Shown: positions 11,301 to 25,705, counted from the stretch's first letter. The stretch: 64,000 bases of DNA from Neoechinorhynchus agilis (GCA_051530055.1 CM121342.1:13283480-13347479), one strand, 5' to 3'. Notes: a model not told the origin generated them from the sequence alone. Program-made: numbers and translations.

Positions 11301-14300
11301 GTTTTGTGCAGCTCACACGAATCATTCAAGATACTTTGTTTTTTAATGTTTGAATGTTTCTTATGACATTTTCTATTTTGATAGCGAATTTCAGTATACT
11401 CGCAAAACTTAGAGTTTCGTTTAGTGCAAACGATTGGGAAAGAGATTAGGCAAGGTTTAGTGATGACTATAAGATCCGGTGATTAAATCTGAGGACGCAT
11501 GATCAATAGCTAAGTTACATTCGATTTGAAAGAATAGGCACATGTGTGGGTGTAAGATGTTTTTAAAAATATCTTGAAACATCGAGAGCTAGGAGTTGAC
11601 TGTATAACTTATAAGAGAACTTTGGGGTGCTTAAATGTTTGAATTGCAAATGAAGCATTTTACTAATAGTGCCACTCGGTTCATTATGGGAAAATTTCGA
11701 TCGATTAAGCCTAGAACAATCTTTAAGAGACCAAAGAACAAAGTATTCTAATGAAGCTATCAGTATGTAATATGTCGCAACAATCAAAACATCGCCCAAT
11801 TATTTCTCGCTTTATTCTTTTGCCACGCAATAATAGTAAGGTTTTATTTAGACTTCTGGCAATCTAATAATAGTTACCGACAAATCATCGTTCATTAAAA
11901 CGAATGACTTTCCTCCTTATTTGTATGCCAATCACCTTAAATGGACCCTGAGCTTAATGGAAATGGTTTCATTTTCTTCAGAATGTAATCATTTAAATAA
12001 TTGATTGCTGTTCAAACCGTGCTGGAAAGATTGTAAACACCCGATTAACTGTTTTTCCGATAAAGGTGGTAGACCGAGAACGGTTGGTAATTGTAGCTGA
12101 ACTTAATAAAGAGTTAGGATGTTGCCAATCTGACCAATGTTCATTTGCCTGGATGAACTATGCTTTACGAACTTTGGAGAGTTCCCACTATGTGTGTGCT
12201 TACTGCATCGTCCTCGTAGCCCCAAACCGGATTCCATTGGATCAAAGCGGAACAGTCGACAGATTCATGACTCAGAACTTATTCTTATCAGGTCGCTTAA
12301 ACCCATTAAACGTCCTGGTGTGTCCGCACTTATGTCTAGCCGACCTGCCATGCCACGATAAATCGCCAAGTTCACTGACATCGACTTTGTCGATTTCAAA
12401 TCACTTGTCAGGATCAGAGGAATCGAAACCCGCTGTTTCTAATACGTTTCTAATAGACACGCTCATCAATCGATGTCAGTCGGCACCGGACAACGTCTTA
12501 TTTACTATGCTGAACGCCAAATGCCAATACAACGAACTTACTTGTGAAAGTCTCTATAAGAAACTTGATAAGGTATTGTGTGTTCTATTGGACAAACTAG
12601 GACATTTAAGGATCCAACCTGGGGATCGAGTTATCCTACTGTTTACACCCTCAGTTACCGTCGATATCGTGCCAATATACCTAGCTTGCACAAAACTAAA
12701 CATGATTGCTATTCCTATCCGGAGCTCAGTGAACCCTAAACACAACAAAATCAATGTCAATGTACAAATGTCTATTTTGAGACCTTGTATTAACATGCTC
12801 AATCCAAAACTGATAATAACTAATATTCCGCAACTACAACCAAGTCGACAATCTCCACATCATATGTCCGGTCATCTTCCACATATTGTCGTCCTTGATA
12901 CTCTTTCTCGGCACCGGACTAGTGTTCAGTCGGCAATTTGTTCACCCATGTGGAGGAGGCAAAGTACGGGCAGTGTGGGCGCTCTTATGTCCTACGAACA
13001 ACTCGAAGATGGTTCTTTTTCTGCAGCCGAGGTATGCAACTATTTTCGTCTACAATTGCCGTCTAAATCTTTACATAGTTATCCTATTCTACTTTGTCAG
13101 AAATATGCCGAATTTTGACAGAAACTATCGAACTTTATCCCTCAAGGGAAATTCTACTTTGTATAGATCCTTTTGGACGACTCGGATTTATATTGTGGAA
13201 CATAATGAGGTTTGTGATTTTATCCACAAGCCTTCTGCAATATTTATTCCGACCAAATAAGATTATGGCTCTTACCAGAAATCCCCAAACTATGGATCTT
13301 AGGTTAAATGATAATGTACAAATTTCAACTCAATCGTTAAATTTGAATATAATCCGTGATATTACAGTGAAAGTACCCAACAAATTCACTCTTATCGGAT
13401 TCTTCTTTTATTATAAGTTATCGAAATAGAGGGATGATGTTTAAAGTTGCTCCTTACATGCTTCGGACCCATGATTCCGGTTCAGAGTCAGTATTCGCTT
13501 TGAAAACGTATGAAAAATCGAGAAATTCCTTTTGAAGGATTAGAATAGGCATTTCGGAACCAATAATGATATTGATAGATCATCTGGCACGATTCTTAAT
13601 TAAATTTTGCAGGATAAACACTTTATACAACTTCGAAAATTTGGTATATTAGACAACACTTAAATGCTTTTAAACAAAAAACCCTTCTTGTGATAGTGCA
13701 CCAAATTAATAGTTTGCATTATATCGGATTTCGAACACTAAGTGCTACTCCTCACTTATTTTCGCGAAAGGCATCATTTAAAAGTTGCTCATACAAAAAC
13801 GCCTTAGACTGTCGATTTTCACCGTCAGCTAAATAAGGAATTATACTCGCATTTTAGCGTATATGCTGGTCACGAATCAATATTGCTACCTTTATCTGAG
13901 CTCCAGACGAATCCACTCGCGTTGTTCACAATTATCTCACAAAAACAAGGTTTTGTTTATTTTCCAAAAATGCTTAAAACAACATTTTGTTGAAAAATAG
14001 TTCGCGATGTATTCTTGTCTTTATCGGCGATCGAGTACGTACTGGCGTACTACGCAATGTTCGAAAAGGGTGATCAGAAGGTACACGAGAATAAGATATT
14101 CGTTTATTTTAAAGATTAAATTCAGATTATCTCCAACAGTCGATCTCTCGAGAGTATTCGATCCTGTGTTATTCTCTGTGATGGACGCGTACCTTGTCAA
14201 AAGGTTCAATATTTTATCGAAATGTTACGACCATTTGGACTTGATCCGAGCTCCGTATCTACGTGTTTAGGATGTCCTGCCAATTTTCTCATTTGTCTTC

Positions 14301-15130
14301 AGGTTCGACTATTCCGTGTTTTTTCCATTGATTAAAATTCCTATTAGAAACCGAATGAACCGGATACCAGTGTTATATGTGTTCGTCGAAGCGAACTTGC
14401 ATTTGACCGCGTGGCAATCAGTGATTCATCTGAAGCTTCTGTGTCTCTCATGGAATCCGGACGACTGCTCCCCAATGTTCATCTTGTTGTTGTAGATCGC
14501 TACACTCGGGTTCAGTGCCACGATATGGGAATGGGCGAAATATACGTTCAATCTGCGCACAATACGGATCGTATTTTCATAAGTTGCGACACAAATGGTC
14601 AAAATTGTCCAAAAGTATTCGAAGGAGCGCGCGCTCTCGTCAAAACAGGATTGATAGGTTTCTGCAGTAAGGCATGTACCGACCTCATCGCTGAACGTAG
14701 CGCATTGTACATCGTTGGGAATGTACGATTGCAAAAGTTTAACATTGGGCATTCTTGCTGAACTTTTGTTTTACATGAACTCATGATCCTAAGGGGTTTG
14801 AGTTATTACCCAACTGACATTGAGGAAACTGTGATGGATTTATCTGTCGGTCAAAATGGATCCATTAGTAGATGTGCTTGCTTCGCCTGGGCGAAATTAG
14901 TAGTCGTTGCGGCTGAATGGACGGGCAATGAAAGTGATGCTCTGGATATTGTTCCGGTGGCAACAACGGCCATCGCAAATCAGCACAAAATAATTGTTGG
15001 CGTCGTTGTTATTGTCGATCCAGGTACTATTCCTGTCTCGAATTCAGATGGCAAAATACGTCGGAGTGACCTTAAAAATGCATTTCTGTCGGATAATCTT
15101 AATCCAATGTATGTCGTCTATAACATGTAA
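8359..15130 (+). CDS. DIP2: Disco-interacting protein 2 homolog (multi-exon)
   Basis: N-terminal DMAP1-binding motif LDELLVELHE|GDITEKGYLKKRLKLL, then AFYGCMMA, GLWH, ERLVIVAE, ESGRLLPNV and C-terminal LNPMYVVYNM*. Exons traced are joined by canonical GT-AG introns; the 11230-12060 exon structure is unresolved. Confidence 0.92.
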
Positions 15131-16093
15131 AGTAAATGGACTGTACCTTATGTTGAGTTTCGATTCCATGAAAGTAACTCTACTATCCGATTGCTGTTTC
15201 ATTATGAAACCTTGTTGTGTACGAACTAATGAAATTTTTGAAGTTACTTGTTTCGGCATAAATGTTTAGACCATTTAATTTTTTGCCTTTTAAATTTTAA
15301 ACATACATTCAAATCCGCTTATTACGATCAAATTCTAAAGAACTGAGACAAATGTACTTACATAGGCGTAATACAGTCAAATCCGGTTAATCTCACCAGG
15401 AGATTATTAGCAACAAAGCTATCGCGTCCTGATGTAGCCCGATTAACCCCGAAATCGGCTGTATATTCAAGGTCAATCGATAGTAAACTAACTACATTTA
15501 CTTTCTCACCAAAAAGCATTGAGTACGTGCAGATTTGGTTTCACGAGTCCCGACAAACTGGCAAAGCTATCATCATAAGCGCTGTTTTTGATTTTCCGAT
15601 GCAATAAAGTAGTTGTGGTTGATAAGATTGTTTTAAAACACTGCGCCACTTTTGGTAAATGTATATTCCTTGCTTTAAATAGGCATTGGTTTTTATGTTA
15701 TATCTCTAAAAGCTCTTTTTGAAAAACAGATAGTTCCTATTTTGATATGATCAAAATGCTGGGTCTTTTCCTTGTTTACCTTCAAAGTTTGACTTCATGG
15801 TCGATTCTGGGGTAGTGCTCTGCTCACGATATTACTTCATTCAGTGATTCTAGCATCATAAAATACCATTCAGCAGTACTCTACTTTCGTTGCCAACCTC
15901 TGTCTTATTTACGAAATCGGAATTTCCATTGGATAAGAATTCTACGATTAAAATTGCATGAGATTATCAACATGTACGTGCTTGATTCGTAAACGTTAAA
16001 GGCAATCGTTTGGCGCAAAAATACCAAAAGTAGTAGCCATATCCATGGAAACAGTATCTTTGGAAGAGAAATGGTTGATAGTGTTAGGTATCC

Positions 16094-16846
16094 ATGTTCA
16101 TTGATTGCTTTGCTAATTCGGGTGAAGGTGCGTTCAGTGAATCGAAAGAGTTGAAATATTGTTTGCCTGTATTTGGGCCACCAGAAGGCAGATTTCATTT
16201 GATTAAACATGAACTCGAACCATTACGAACCCTCGACGACGTAACGAAGTTCATTAATGGATTGACCAATGATCAGGCTATCAGTAATGATCAAAAAGAA
16301 GATAAATTTGACATATATTCGTTGGACTACGAGATAATTGGCACTTCCATGAGTGAAAGTAGAACTGCGGATATTATTCGATTATTCTATCAGGCTTATC
16401 TAAGAACCTCGGACATGTACCATAGAATGAGTGAGCTGCAGCGGAATTTGAACGGAAAGTATGGAAAGCATTGGAGTGTCTTCTTTGGGCCACCTTTTGG
16501 TTGCGCCATTGCTACAAAAGGTAATGCATTTCTATGTGTTCGATTCTCGGAGATAACTTTTTTGGTTTATAAAATTTACCAGAGTGCAATGTACCGCAAA
16601 CGGACACTCAGAATGGACACAGATTCTCTTGCTCGCCTCACATTTACGAAAGATATAACATTGAACGAGGTTATTACCATGAGGATCAACGAAGAAAATA
16701 GGAAAATGAAAGGATTTGACGAGGAACCAGAAGAAGACGATAGAAGCAAATCGCCCAGTGTTGATGAAATACTGTCGACAAACGTTGAAGATCACATTTC
16801 AGATATTAGGCCGTCCCTTGATGTTACGAACGATGAGGAAAGATAA
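16094..16846 (+). CDS. Dynein light chain (LC8-type) domain protein with long N- and C-terminal extensions, 250 aa
   Basis: Central YEIIGTSMSESRTADII...LQRNLNGKYGKHWSVFFGPPFG...FLCVRFSEITFLVYK fits the LC8 fold pattern. Acidic C-terminal tail. Confidence 0.7.
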   Translation: MFIDCFANSGEGAFSESKELKYCLPVFGPPEGRFHLIKHELEPLRTLDDVTKFINGLTNDQAISNDQKEDKFDIYSLDYEIIGTSMSESRTADIIRLFYQAYLRTSDMYHRMSELQRNLNGKYGKHWSVFFGPPFGCAIATKGNAFLCVRFSEITFLVYKIYQSAMYRKRTLRMDTDSLARLTFTKDITLNEVITMRINEENRKMKGFDEEPEEDDRSKSPSVDEILSTNVEDHISDIRPSLDVTNDEER

Positions 16847-17102
16847 ACGTTTTGGTTGCTAGCTTCAATATATGGCGTTAACTATAAAAAATTTGTGACA
16901 GAATGTTTGGCGAAAGCGCTAGTTTTATACTCCTTTTTATTCAAATTTGGTACCATGTAAATAACATTTTAACTAATAACTTTCATCTAGTCACAAAATC
17001 CGTTCCTAATTTCTGTCTAGTTTTGCGAGCATTCTGATCATGTTACCCTCCCCAATGTCCACTTTATATCTAAAATCAACCTATATTTGTTAATTTACTT
17101 TT

Positions 17103-17832
17103 CTATTGACGCCGTCCGATAACCGTAGAAGCAAACAGTTTGCATATACTCTCGTCTTCTTGACATGTACTCAAGAATTCCTCTTTGCTTATTTTCCCAT
17201 CTCCTGATTTATCCATCATGAGGATAATCTTCTCCGCTTTTCTCTTCGGATCAAGTTCACCTGTACGTTCATGCTTTGGCAAACCCTTCATGTCATATAC
17301 GGCATTCAAAAGCTTAATGATTTCAATCTTTGTCACATATCTGTCCTTGTCAAGGTCGAATAGGTCGAACGCAATTCCCAATTGCTTCTCCAGATCACCT
17401 AGATTGTCAAGCTCTTTGACGTTTAATGTACTAAAAACATCACAATACTTGATTTTAAAAAAGACATTGCAGTAACGAATTCATTGAAAGTAATGCGCCC
17501 ATCGCGGTTCGTGTCGAAAACTCTGAATGCGGCATCAACGAATTTCTTCGCATCTCCATCAGCACACAGATTGTTATAAAAGGAATGTAGTCTTTTCTTG
17601 GTCAAATATCCATCTGGACAGTCCTTCTTGAAGCCTTGGTATAGGTTGAAAATCTGACAAGAACTTAGGCGGTTGAAAAGAGAAAGGATCAACAGTTAAG
17701 ACATACTTCATCTTTCTTAAAATCGGCTGTCGCACACATCATATCAATTTCTTCATCTGTTAGATTTTCAGGTACAATTGACTTTCTCCGAGAGCATCCT
17801 GGTACTTTTCCTGAGACGCAAGTGGCACCCAT
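17103..17832 (-). CDS. Neuronal calcium sensor/recoverin family protein (NCS-a), 3 exons
   Basis: MGATC.. (Gly2), FKKDCPDG, EF loops DTNRDGRITFNE and DKSGDGKISKEE. The second intron boundary is approximate. Confidence 0.88.
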
Positions 17833-20800
17833 TCTTTTCCTAATGAATTAAACGGTACAGTATTAATAGACACAATCAAAGTCAGCGGACGCTTATGGGT
17901 TAAATCGGGCGATTAGACGGGAAAAGTGATATACAAGTGAATGCGATAAAGTCCCTCTTGGAAGGATAGTCAAGTTAAAACGAGATTAGCGCCCTTGAAC
18001 AACATAAAATGTCTATGCGCATCGCCTTGGTAAAACTAGAGCAAATGTTTTGGGAGGAGAGGAAGTTTAATGCGTTTGTATCCATTTCGTGTCACGTATT
18101 GTGCGTGTCTAAACACTTCAAGAACATCATGCATTGAATTTCATTTCGCACGCCTTCACATTTCTTCATAACTTATTTATCAGATAACTACTACCCATCA
18201 AGTGGTTGAAGTGCGGATCACTTTGTAAGAGACCTGCTGAAGAGATTCGCAACTCAGAAAGTGTGACTCTTTCGAAAGCACTTTGAACATTCGGACTTTA
18301 AACGGTTTATGATGAAAACCCACACAAAATGCATTAGGAATCACAGGGTTTTAAATGTTTCCAAAAGCATAACTACCGATAGCTGAATTCCATGTTACCG
18401 AGAAAAATAAGGTTTGCGCGTGGTGCCACTGAAACGACTTTAGAGGATTTTGGCTACTGCTCTAACACCTTTCAAGTAAACGTTAAGTCAAATGACGCAA
18501 GCTGAACTCTCCATGAGTGTCTAAAGCCCGGTTGCAATTTAAGACATTTGAGTATAAAGTAAAACCAACAAAGTGACTTATAAGTTTCTATTCAAGATCT
18601 TAGGCAAAAATGCCTATACAACCAAGTTTCCGATACAAAATAAAATTGTGGAGGTACATTCATTTCTAGGTCCTGCATTCTATTACTTTTGTGATTATAG
18701 TGTTTCTATAACTAAATATTAAACTACGGGTTTAAAGGTTGATATATAATTGGAGCTTCAGATGATAACTACGATCCGCGATATCTCTTTATAAAAACCA
18801 AATTTACGCAACATAAACTCATAAAGGAGAAAGGCACCTTGAACATAATCCAATGCAATGAACTTGAAATCTAAAGATTCTATACAAAACATAGCGACGA
18901 AGTGCATAATAAAAATTTACGGACAATGTACCCACAGAAACCCGCAAGTGAGCCATCATCAGTCCATTTACCGTCGTATCGATTCAATGGACGCGACATT
19001 TTCGAATTGAACGTAACTAGCGAAAAGTACTTATCAAGCTTAAAACTGTTTGGTATTGCCGTTTCAGAAAGACGCAATTTAAAATATTTCGTTGCGACAT
19101 GCCACGAAGCCTTTAAGATTCATATAATTTCCAAGGAAATCATCCCAGAAAAAAATGAAATTAAGTAGATGTTCTCGGATTGATATTCTACTGAAACTTA
19201 TTTCTCGCCATTTAAGTTATCAGTCAGTCAGGAAACTACATTCCATATATTCTATCCGGTTTAGAGATCAAGTGCTGAACTTTTCTTATAACATCTTTCT
19301 TGAACAATGTCTTTTCAAATCAACCGTCCAAATTGTTTTCTATAGGCTTTTATATTGAAGCTATGAGGCTCTAAAAACAATGGTGTTCTATCACTAAGTT
19401 GCTTATAATTCAGACGCATTCAGACAGAAAGCGATGGACTTTACCTCGACGGCAACTTTAGAAAAATCGGAGGGTACTTTTGCTGCTCCATTTGTTTGTT
19501 TGTTATACAATTTATAGTAATTAAAAAATGATAGATTGTTTGATATCGATGGTTCACCTACAGCGTTAAAGAAGTTAGAAATCATTAACTTTTTGGTACC
19601 TGTCAATGTAAGGATTTTTCATCGTACAAATTCAACAATCATTGTTCAGAAAACATATCACTGGCAAAAATCGTCTTCATCGTAATTTGGCAATCATCTC
19701 AGAAATCAGCAATAGATTTTGAAGTAGCGATTCTACCTTAGCGAATTCCTTTGTCGAACCAAATATCCTCGACTTGGTTGTAGTAAAAAACGGATTTAAC
19801 TCAATATGAGCAGTTTGAGAGTGATCACCGTCTCTAATATATCGCCGCTCGATTTGTCGAATAAAATCTCATTATGCCCAGACAAACCTGGAACGTCTTG
19901 TTAAAGTGCAATCCGAATCGCATAATGTACTTATGTTTAAGTCTTAACTTCTGTTTTGCAATTCAATCGATGCTAAAAACGATATGTTTAACAACCGTGA
20001 GCTGACAATTTGGAAACAATAATAAATTATAGTGTCTGGGTAGTAAATGAAATTTGAAGTACTTCTCAAGGATACGATCATTATAAGTCACTATTAACTA
20101 TTTCAACTATTTAACATAAAAGAGAGCTCACCTAAAGCCCATGCAGTAAAGGTTCACTTTAAACCTCGTTTATATTCGAAGTTATCTATATACGCACAGT
20201 CGTCAATTTCGTTTGCACTTTACGTTCAGCATATTTATACAAGAATGGCATAGTGAGCCATGAATGCATTTGTCGTTTGATAGCTACAATCTGATTTGGA
20301 TTCTGGAACACCGCATATATCGCCCATTAAACCGGCGGGAATCGATAACGGAGTCGACACTATTCTATGCCGGGTGAAATTAAATTATTTATAGTACTAG
20401 GTCTTTTATAACCCACGCTAAAGTACATATTCTCTATTGTTACGATCAATGCGGAATGTTAGAATTCTTGATAGATTCTCTATTCTGAATTTCCTAAGAA
20501 AACATTGCAGTAACATCAATTGTAATGATGATAAGGAATGTTACTTGTGATTATTATATTTACCTTTTTTGTGCATTGGCATCCAAAGTCATGAATGGAA
20601 ACGTCGATAAAATACTCGCTGTAATGAACCTCATAAAGATTGTCATTGTCGACCTTTCTCAACTCCTATTATCTCAGCATATAAATCCAGAGCGAAACGC
20701 AGTTATCTTAACGTTTCATACTGTCTGATCCATCGTAAAATATTGTGGTTCAACCAAACCACTTTAGGGTAATATCCATAATTGATGATAATATTCAAAA

Positions 20801-22130
20801 ATTATTGAGCCAGCTTTTCGGGACATAGGACTTCGTAATTAAGTTTTCAGCGATTTGTTTAGGAGAAATTAAATTTTCGTAATCGGTACGTAACTCTCAT
20901 AAGACACTCACTACTTGGATGATTAGATTAAGTCCTTAAAATTGCTTGCATGCATCGAGGGAAGAGCGAACTTGCGATTGTAGAGTAATCGATGCTTGCC
21001 TTGCTATGATAAAAAGTTCATTTTGGCAAAATACATTATGTTTACAATTAAAGGATGCTAGAGAACTAAAATAGTTCAATTCTAAACAAATATATGCTCC
21101 ATCTTAAAATTCTTCGCTGAATATCCTTAAAGGTTACTGCATTTTATATTTTCAGGAATCTTTGACTCATTTTGCATTAGCAATGCACTAAAAAACTTAA
21201 GAATTTTGACACTATTTTCGTACCGGTAGTGATTATATTTGAAAATCTTTGATAAAATCATTCATATTCTATAGATATAAAAGCATTCGATTTCTATTAA
21301 ATATAATTGCAATTATACCGATTTAAAGTTGTACTCAATTCACAGTTTTAATATGTTGCTATCCATTGTAGAGTAAGCTAGGAAGTGTCAACTTTGCAAT
21401 TTCTAGGTCCTATCGTTAAAATTTCAAGTCGTTATACTTCGAATTTACAAGAACAATAGTAGAATTTTAGCATGACGACTCCCTTAAGGCTGCTGCATTA
21501 TTGCGGCTATCATTTTTGTTTTAGTTGACAAACTCTCATAGGTTAATTATAAATTTATCGGAATGTTCGATTATTTTTTAAATGACCGATGAATTTTCGA
21601 TCAAATAGCTCAAAGCGCTGCATGTTAGAAAAGTTCTAAGTAAGATTTAAGAATTTTACTAGTTGCATTTGTTTCTTTTGTTATCCTTCCAAATTTTTTG
21701 GATGGAGCTCTTGTGGCATACCTCGAGGGTAGGACGTGCTTTCTTAAAAGAAAAGAAATGTTCCATTTGTGTGAGAGGTGAAGGAAGAGGATTGCCTTGG
21801 GGGAAAGGGAATTAGCATAATTAAGAGTAAAGTGAATTCTTCGATATTCAAATGCTTTTCAAGAACTGCGTTCTAAAGACCTCTTGTAGTCTTGCGCATC
21901 CAACAAAAAGAAAACAACTACACATCCTATCAACTTCTCGGTTTCATTGCAGGAATTCATTAAATCTTTCACCTCACTGACGGTGCCTTTTCGACTATCG
22001 CACATAGACTCGTATTATTGTCAATTATTTGTCTGTCACGCTTGCCTACTTCTCCGCACTTCGAAAATGCGCTTTTACTTGAGGCTATAGATAATAACAT
22101 TACAGGAGTACAATTCGATGGAATCACCGG

Positions 22131-22923
22131 ATGGGACACTCGTTCTTTATGCCTCGCAAAAATCGCATTTCTTTATCTGAACAAGATATGCAGCTCCTAA
22201 TCGAGAATACAAACTTAACCCGAAAACAGATAAACGAGTTGTACGATTCATTTTTGGTAAGAAAATCTCTTTTCAATACTTAACGTGTAATAATCTAACT
22301 ACAGGAAGACTGTCCAACGGGTCTTATTAACCGAAAAAAATTTACCTTCCTCTTCAAAAGGCACTATCCTACTGGCCATGTTGATAATTTCTGTAGATTT
22401 CTGTTCCAGGCGTTCGATTATGACAAAAAGGGGACTATTGGTTAGTGTTTTTCCAAGCTGAACGATTTGATTGCTTTATAAAAACACAGATTTTGTCGAG
22501 TTCATGGTGGTGATGTGTCTCATGCTCTATGGTGAACCTAAAGAAAAACTTAAGCTGTTTTTCGATGTATATGACATTGACAAGAATGGCAGCATCGCCG
22601 AAGCCGAACTCGAGGAAATCGTTAAGGTTAGTCGATAACGTTGAAGTAAACATAGATGGCAAAATTCATCCTTAATTTAGGCTCTTTACGACTTCTTCGG
22701 TGAGGAAAATCGGAGAGGCGAAAACGCTCCGATGAAACGAGTGGAGAAAATTATGCTCCTATTGGATACGGACAATGATCACTACATCTCAAAAGAGGAA
22801 TTCATTGAAGGATGTCTCAAAGACAAAACTCTCATGAAAATGCTGGCACCAACAATAAAACCTGCGTTTAGCCCTGTGCCTAGAAACAGTCCGCCCAATC
22901 ATGGAACATTTAGAAGAATATAG
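22131..22923 (+). CDS. Neuronal calcium sensor/recoverin family protein (NCS-b), 4 exons
   Basis: MGHSFF..LIENTNLTRKQINELYDSFL|EDCPTG..AFDYDKKGTI|DFVEF..DIDKNGSIAEAE..DTDNDHYISKEE, with GT-AG introns. Confidence 0.88.
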
Positions 22924-23826
22924 CAATGCCAAAACGTTTCATAGAACCGCGAATTGCAGGTGACAAATATCCGGTATAAATAAATGATCGATTTATCATT
23001 TAAAAATAATTTGACTGCATAATAGCAAGTGGTTTATGAGCAAATGTAAACGAAAAACGAAGTAATCGTCAATGTCAACCCTTACGTTCTTAACATTGAG
23101 ATTGCAAATTAGTTCGTCTGTTTTTCATTAAGAACTTGACTTTCTATCGTTAATGAAGTGACAAAAACGTCTCACTTTTTAAGATATGTACGATAGGATC
23201 GTCTGTAATTTTAAAACCGAATTGAACTTCATCAAAATCGTTAACATCATATTTGAGTCTTATATTACTGCCTTCCAAACAAATATTTTACATCAAATAG
23301 CTTTTCAAAGCTAGAACCGCCTTATTGGAGATACGTTCTACTACCGATTCTTCGGATAGTTGTATTATATGTTTAGTAGACGATAACAAAAAGGATCTAG
23401 ACGGACTTCCCGGCTTAAAGATTTCGTGATCTTATTTAGCTAAATGCTTTCATAATACATTTGACATGTAGATAACTGTCCACGTGGTTGGGTAATATTC
23501 GTCTCTCGCTTTGATAAAACCAAAATCATGGTTCGCGGTCTCTTACGCATTGACAGGGTCATCATGGAGGCCATAATAATTCGACAACCAAAAACGGTGG
23601 AAGGCAACAAAGCGCACCACGTTTTACAGATGAGAGTCGTGTAAATGTTTTTCCTAGCCTTTCAGATCTTGATAAAAGCTCTGGATTGAGCCAAAATATC
23701 GATTTAATAAATAAATTTACATAATTTTGTCACCACTGCACAACAATCATGAGCAGTTTCATTTTTCAATATTTTAATTTGCCTGACAGTTTGCCTTAAA
23801 GTGAGTCGTAGTCTCCAAATCAAACT

Positions 23827-24085
23827 CATGTTTTAAGTTAATTAGTTGGTGGAATGGCGACTGATTTCTCAATTGCATGTCATCTTTTTGATTGTCCTTA
23901 TTTTAGTAATTGAAGCGGTAGAAAACAAGTGTTTATTTTTGACACCGATATTTCGTGGAGTAGAACTCCGAAGTGTCAGTCTCAAAAATAAACATTTGTT
24001 TTCTACCGATAAGGACAATCGAAACGGTAACATGCGATTGAGAATTCAGTCGGCAATCCACCAACTGATCAACATTAAGTTCATT
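23827..24085. repeat. Palindrome P3 centred on an HHR stem II hairpin
   Basis: 23827-23945 pairs with 23973-24085 (indels present). The minus strand across the centre reads GGAG UUCUA CUCC AC GAAA UAUC GGUGUC; the CUGANGA half is missing. Confidence 0.8.
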
Positions 24086-24227
24086 GTTAAATCTTGTTTT
24101 GTCACAAAGAAATCTTTTGTATATCCGGATCCGTATTTTTTGTACTGAAACACTTGAAAAATCATTTGAACAACACAATCAACCATAAGCGTGTGTGAGA
24201 GCAGAATAACCATTTAACAACTTGTAT

Positions 24228-24270
24228 TTTAGAACTGATGATGAACCCGGCGAGGTTCGAATTTTTAATA
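24228..24270 (+). ncRNA. Decayed hammerhead motif
   Basis: CUGAUGA U GAACC-CGGCGA-GGUUC GAAU: perfect stem II, with GAAA changed to GAAU. Confidence 0.5.
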
Positions 24271-24284
24271 AAAAATCATTCACA

Positions 24285-25490
24285 CCGCCGCTCTGGATCA
24301 CTCACCTGCCGTCATTGTGTAATGGTCGAAAGGACGGATGCAGCGTTCCCCCGTTGCGCAACCAGACTTATGTTTCGTAGGAGGAATGCTCCTGCCCTCG
24401 GATCGTCAGTGATTCGTCTGAGTCTCTTGGACAATTTCTGGACCAGGTCCTGCGCCGCGGTACCAAACTACCCGTATGTCTCGACGCCAAAGGGAACGAA
24501 ATAATGATTTCGACTCAGGTCCTTGTATTTGGTCTTTTTGCGTTCCTCAGCGGCGGTTGCTGCTCCCCCTCCAGTTTAATAGTGGCGAATTTAATGTTGC
24601 TAGAAAGCATTTTCCTTCTAGAAACGGGAATACTGTGACACAGTCGGGTCTATGGCGGCCATCGAGTCGGTAAAGATTGCTCGGCTCTAAGATGTTGGGC
24701 GCGTTCAGAGTATTCGGGGCACGACTAAGAATTACGTTTATTTCGACGTTTTGTGAGTAACTTCGGCCTGATTGTCGATAGACGAGACCATGGCACGCCG
24801 ATGGTCCCAGGGTAACTTCGCAAAGGCAGCGATGGGATGTGCACATCGGAACCCCAAGTTTCAGTTACACTGCAATCCTTACTGTCTCGTCGGAGAGAAG
24901 GGTACCCACAGAAGCGATTCCGATAGCGTTGAGCCAAGCACCCGATTCTCTTGTAGAGACTGCCGCCAATCGAGTTCGGTTCACCAGGTCACGAGAATCT
25001 GAAATTAAAGAGTTATGAATCCTCGCTACCAGCAGTAAGTCCTAAACAGATTGTTTGCAACCATTGACGGAGACCTGCTCGCTGCCTGAATATCCACACC
25101 AAAGAATGAGAGCCTCCACGAAATCTTTATCCAAAGTGTAGTTCTGGCCAAGAAAAGACTACGATCCCAAATAAGCTGACAGAGAAATATCGGCTGCATT
25201 TCGGATTACTAAACCGCCGGACGACGCAGGTAGGGACGCTTGACGCCAGGCCTCGTCCCACAGCTGAAGATTTTAAATGTTCTCGATTCAGACTTTCACC
25301 GTCTCGTCTAATTTTGCCAACTTATTAGTGCGTCTAAAAAAGGTGCTATGCACAGCTAATTGAGAAATTTTGGAATGAAGAGGGTGTTCTTGATCAGGAA
25401 CAGATCTTCGTGTGAAGATAATTCATCAATTCGTTCGCACAGCACCGAAAGTTGCGATTGAAGATCGGCAATCTCTGCTTCAACGTGAGT
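24285..25490 (-). mobile_element. CRE-clade non-LTR retrotransposon, 5'-truncated and decayed
   Basis: WDEAWRQASLPASSGGL (RT thumb), ESGAWLNA, C-x-C..H zinc knuckle, LEPSNLYRLDGRHRPD and QRGNAASV (restriction-like endonuclease). Several stops. Confidence 0.85.
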
Positions 25491-25705
25491 AAAGACCTAA
25501 ATAAGTCTTATCTTTAATTCTTTAGAAAATCAAAAGTGTGATTGTGCGGTGTTTATGACCATGCTCTAGTCAATAAGGTCACGGATATATGAGCGACTAA
25601 ATTGTTTCCTAGATGGATGTGTGTGTGACGATCTTCAACACTAAATGTTGGTGTTATATACTAACCTTTAACCGATCCATTTAGGACGCATTGTAGAAAT
25701 CGAAA

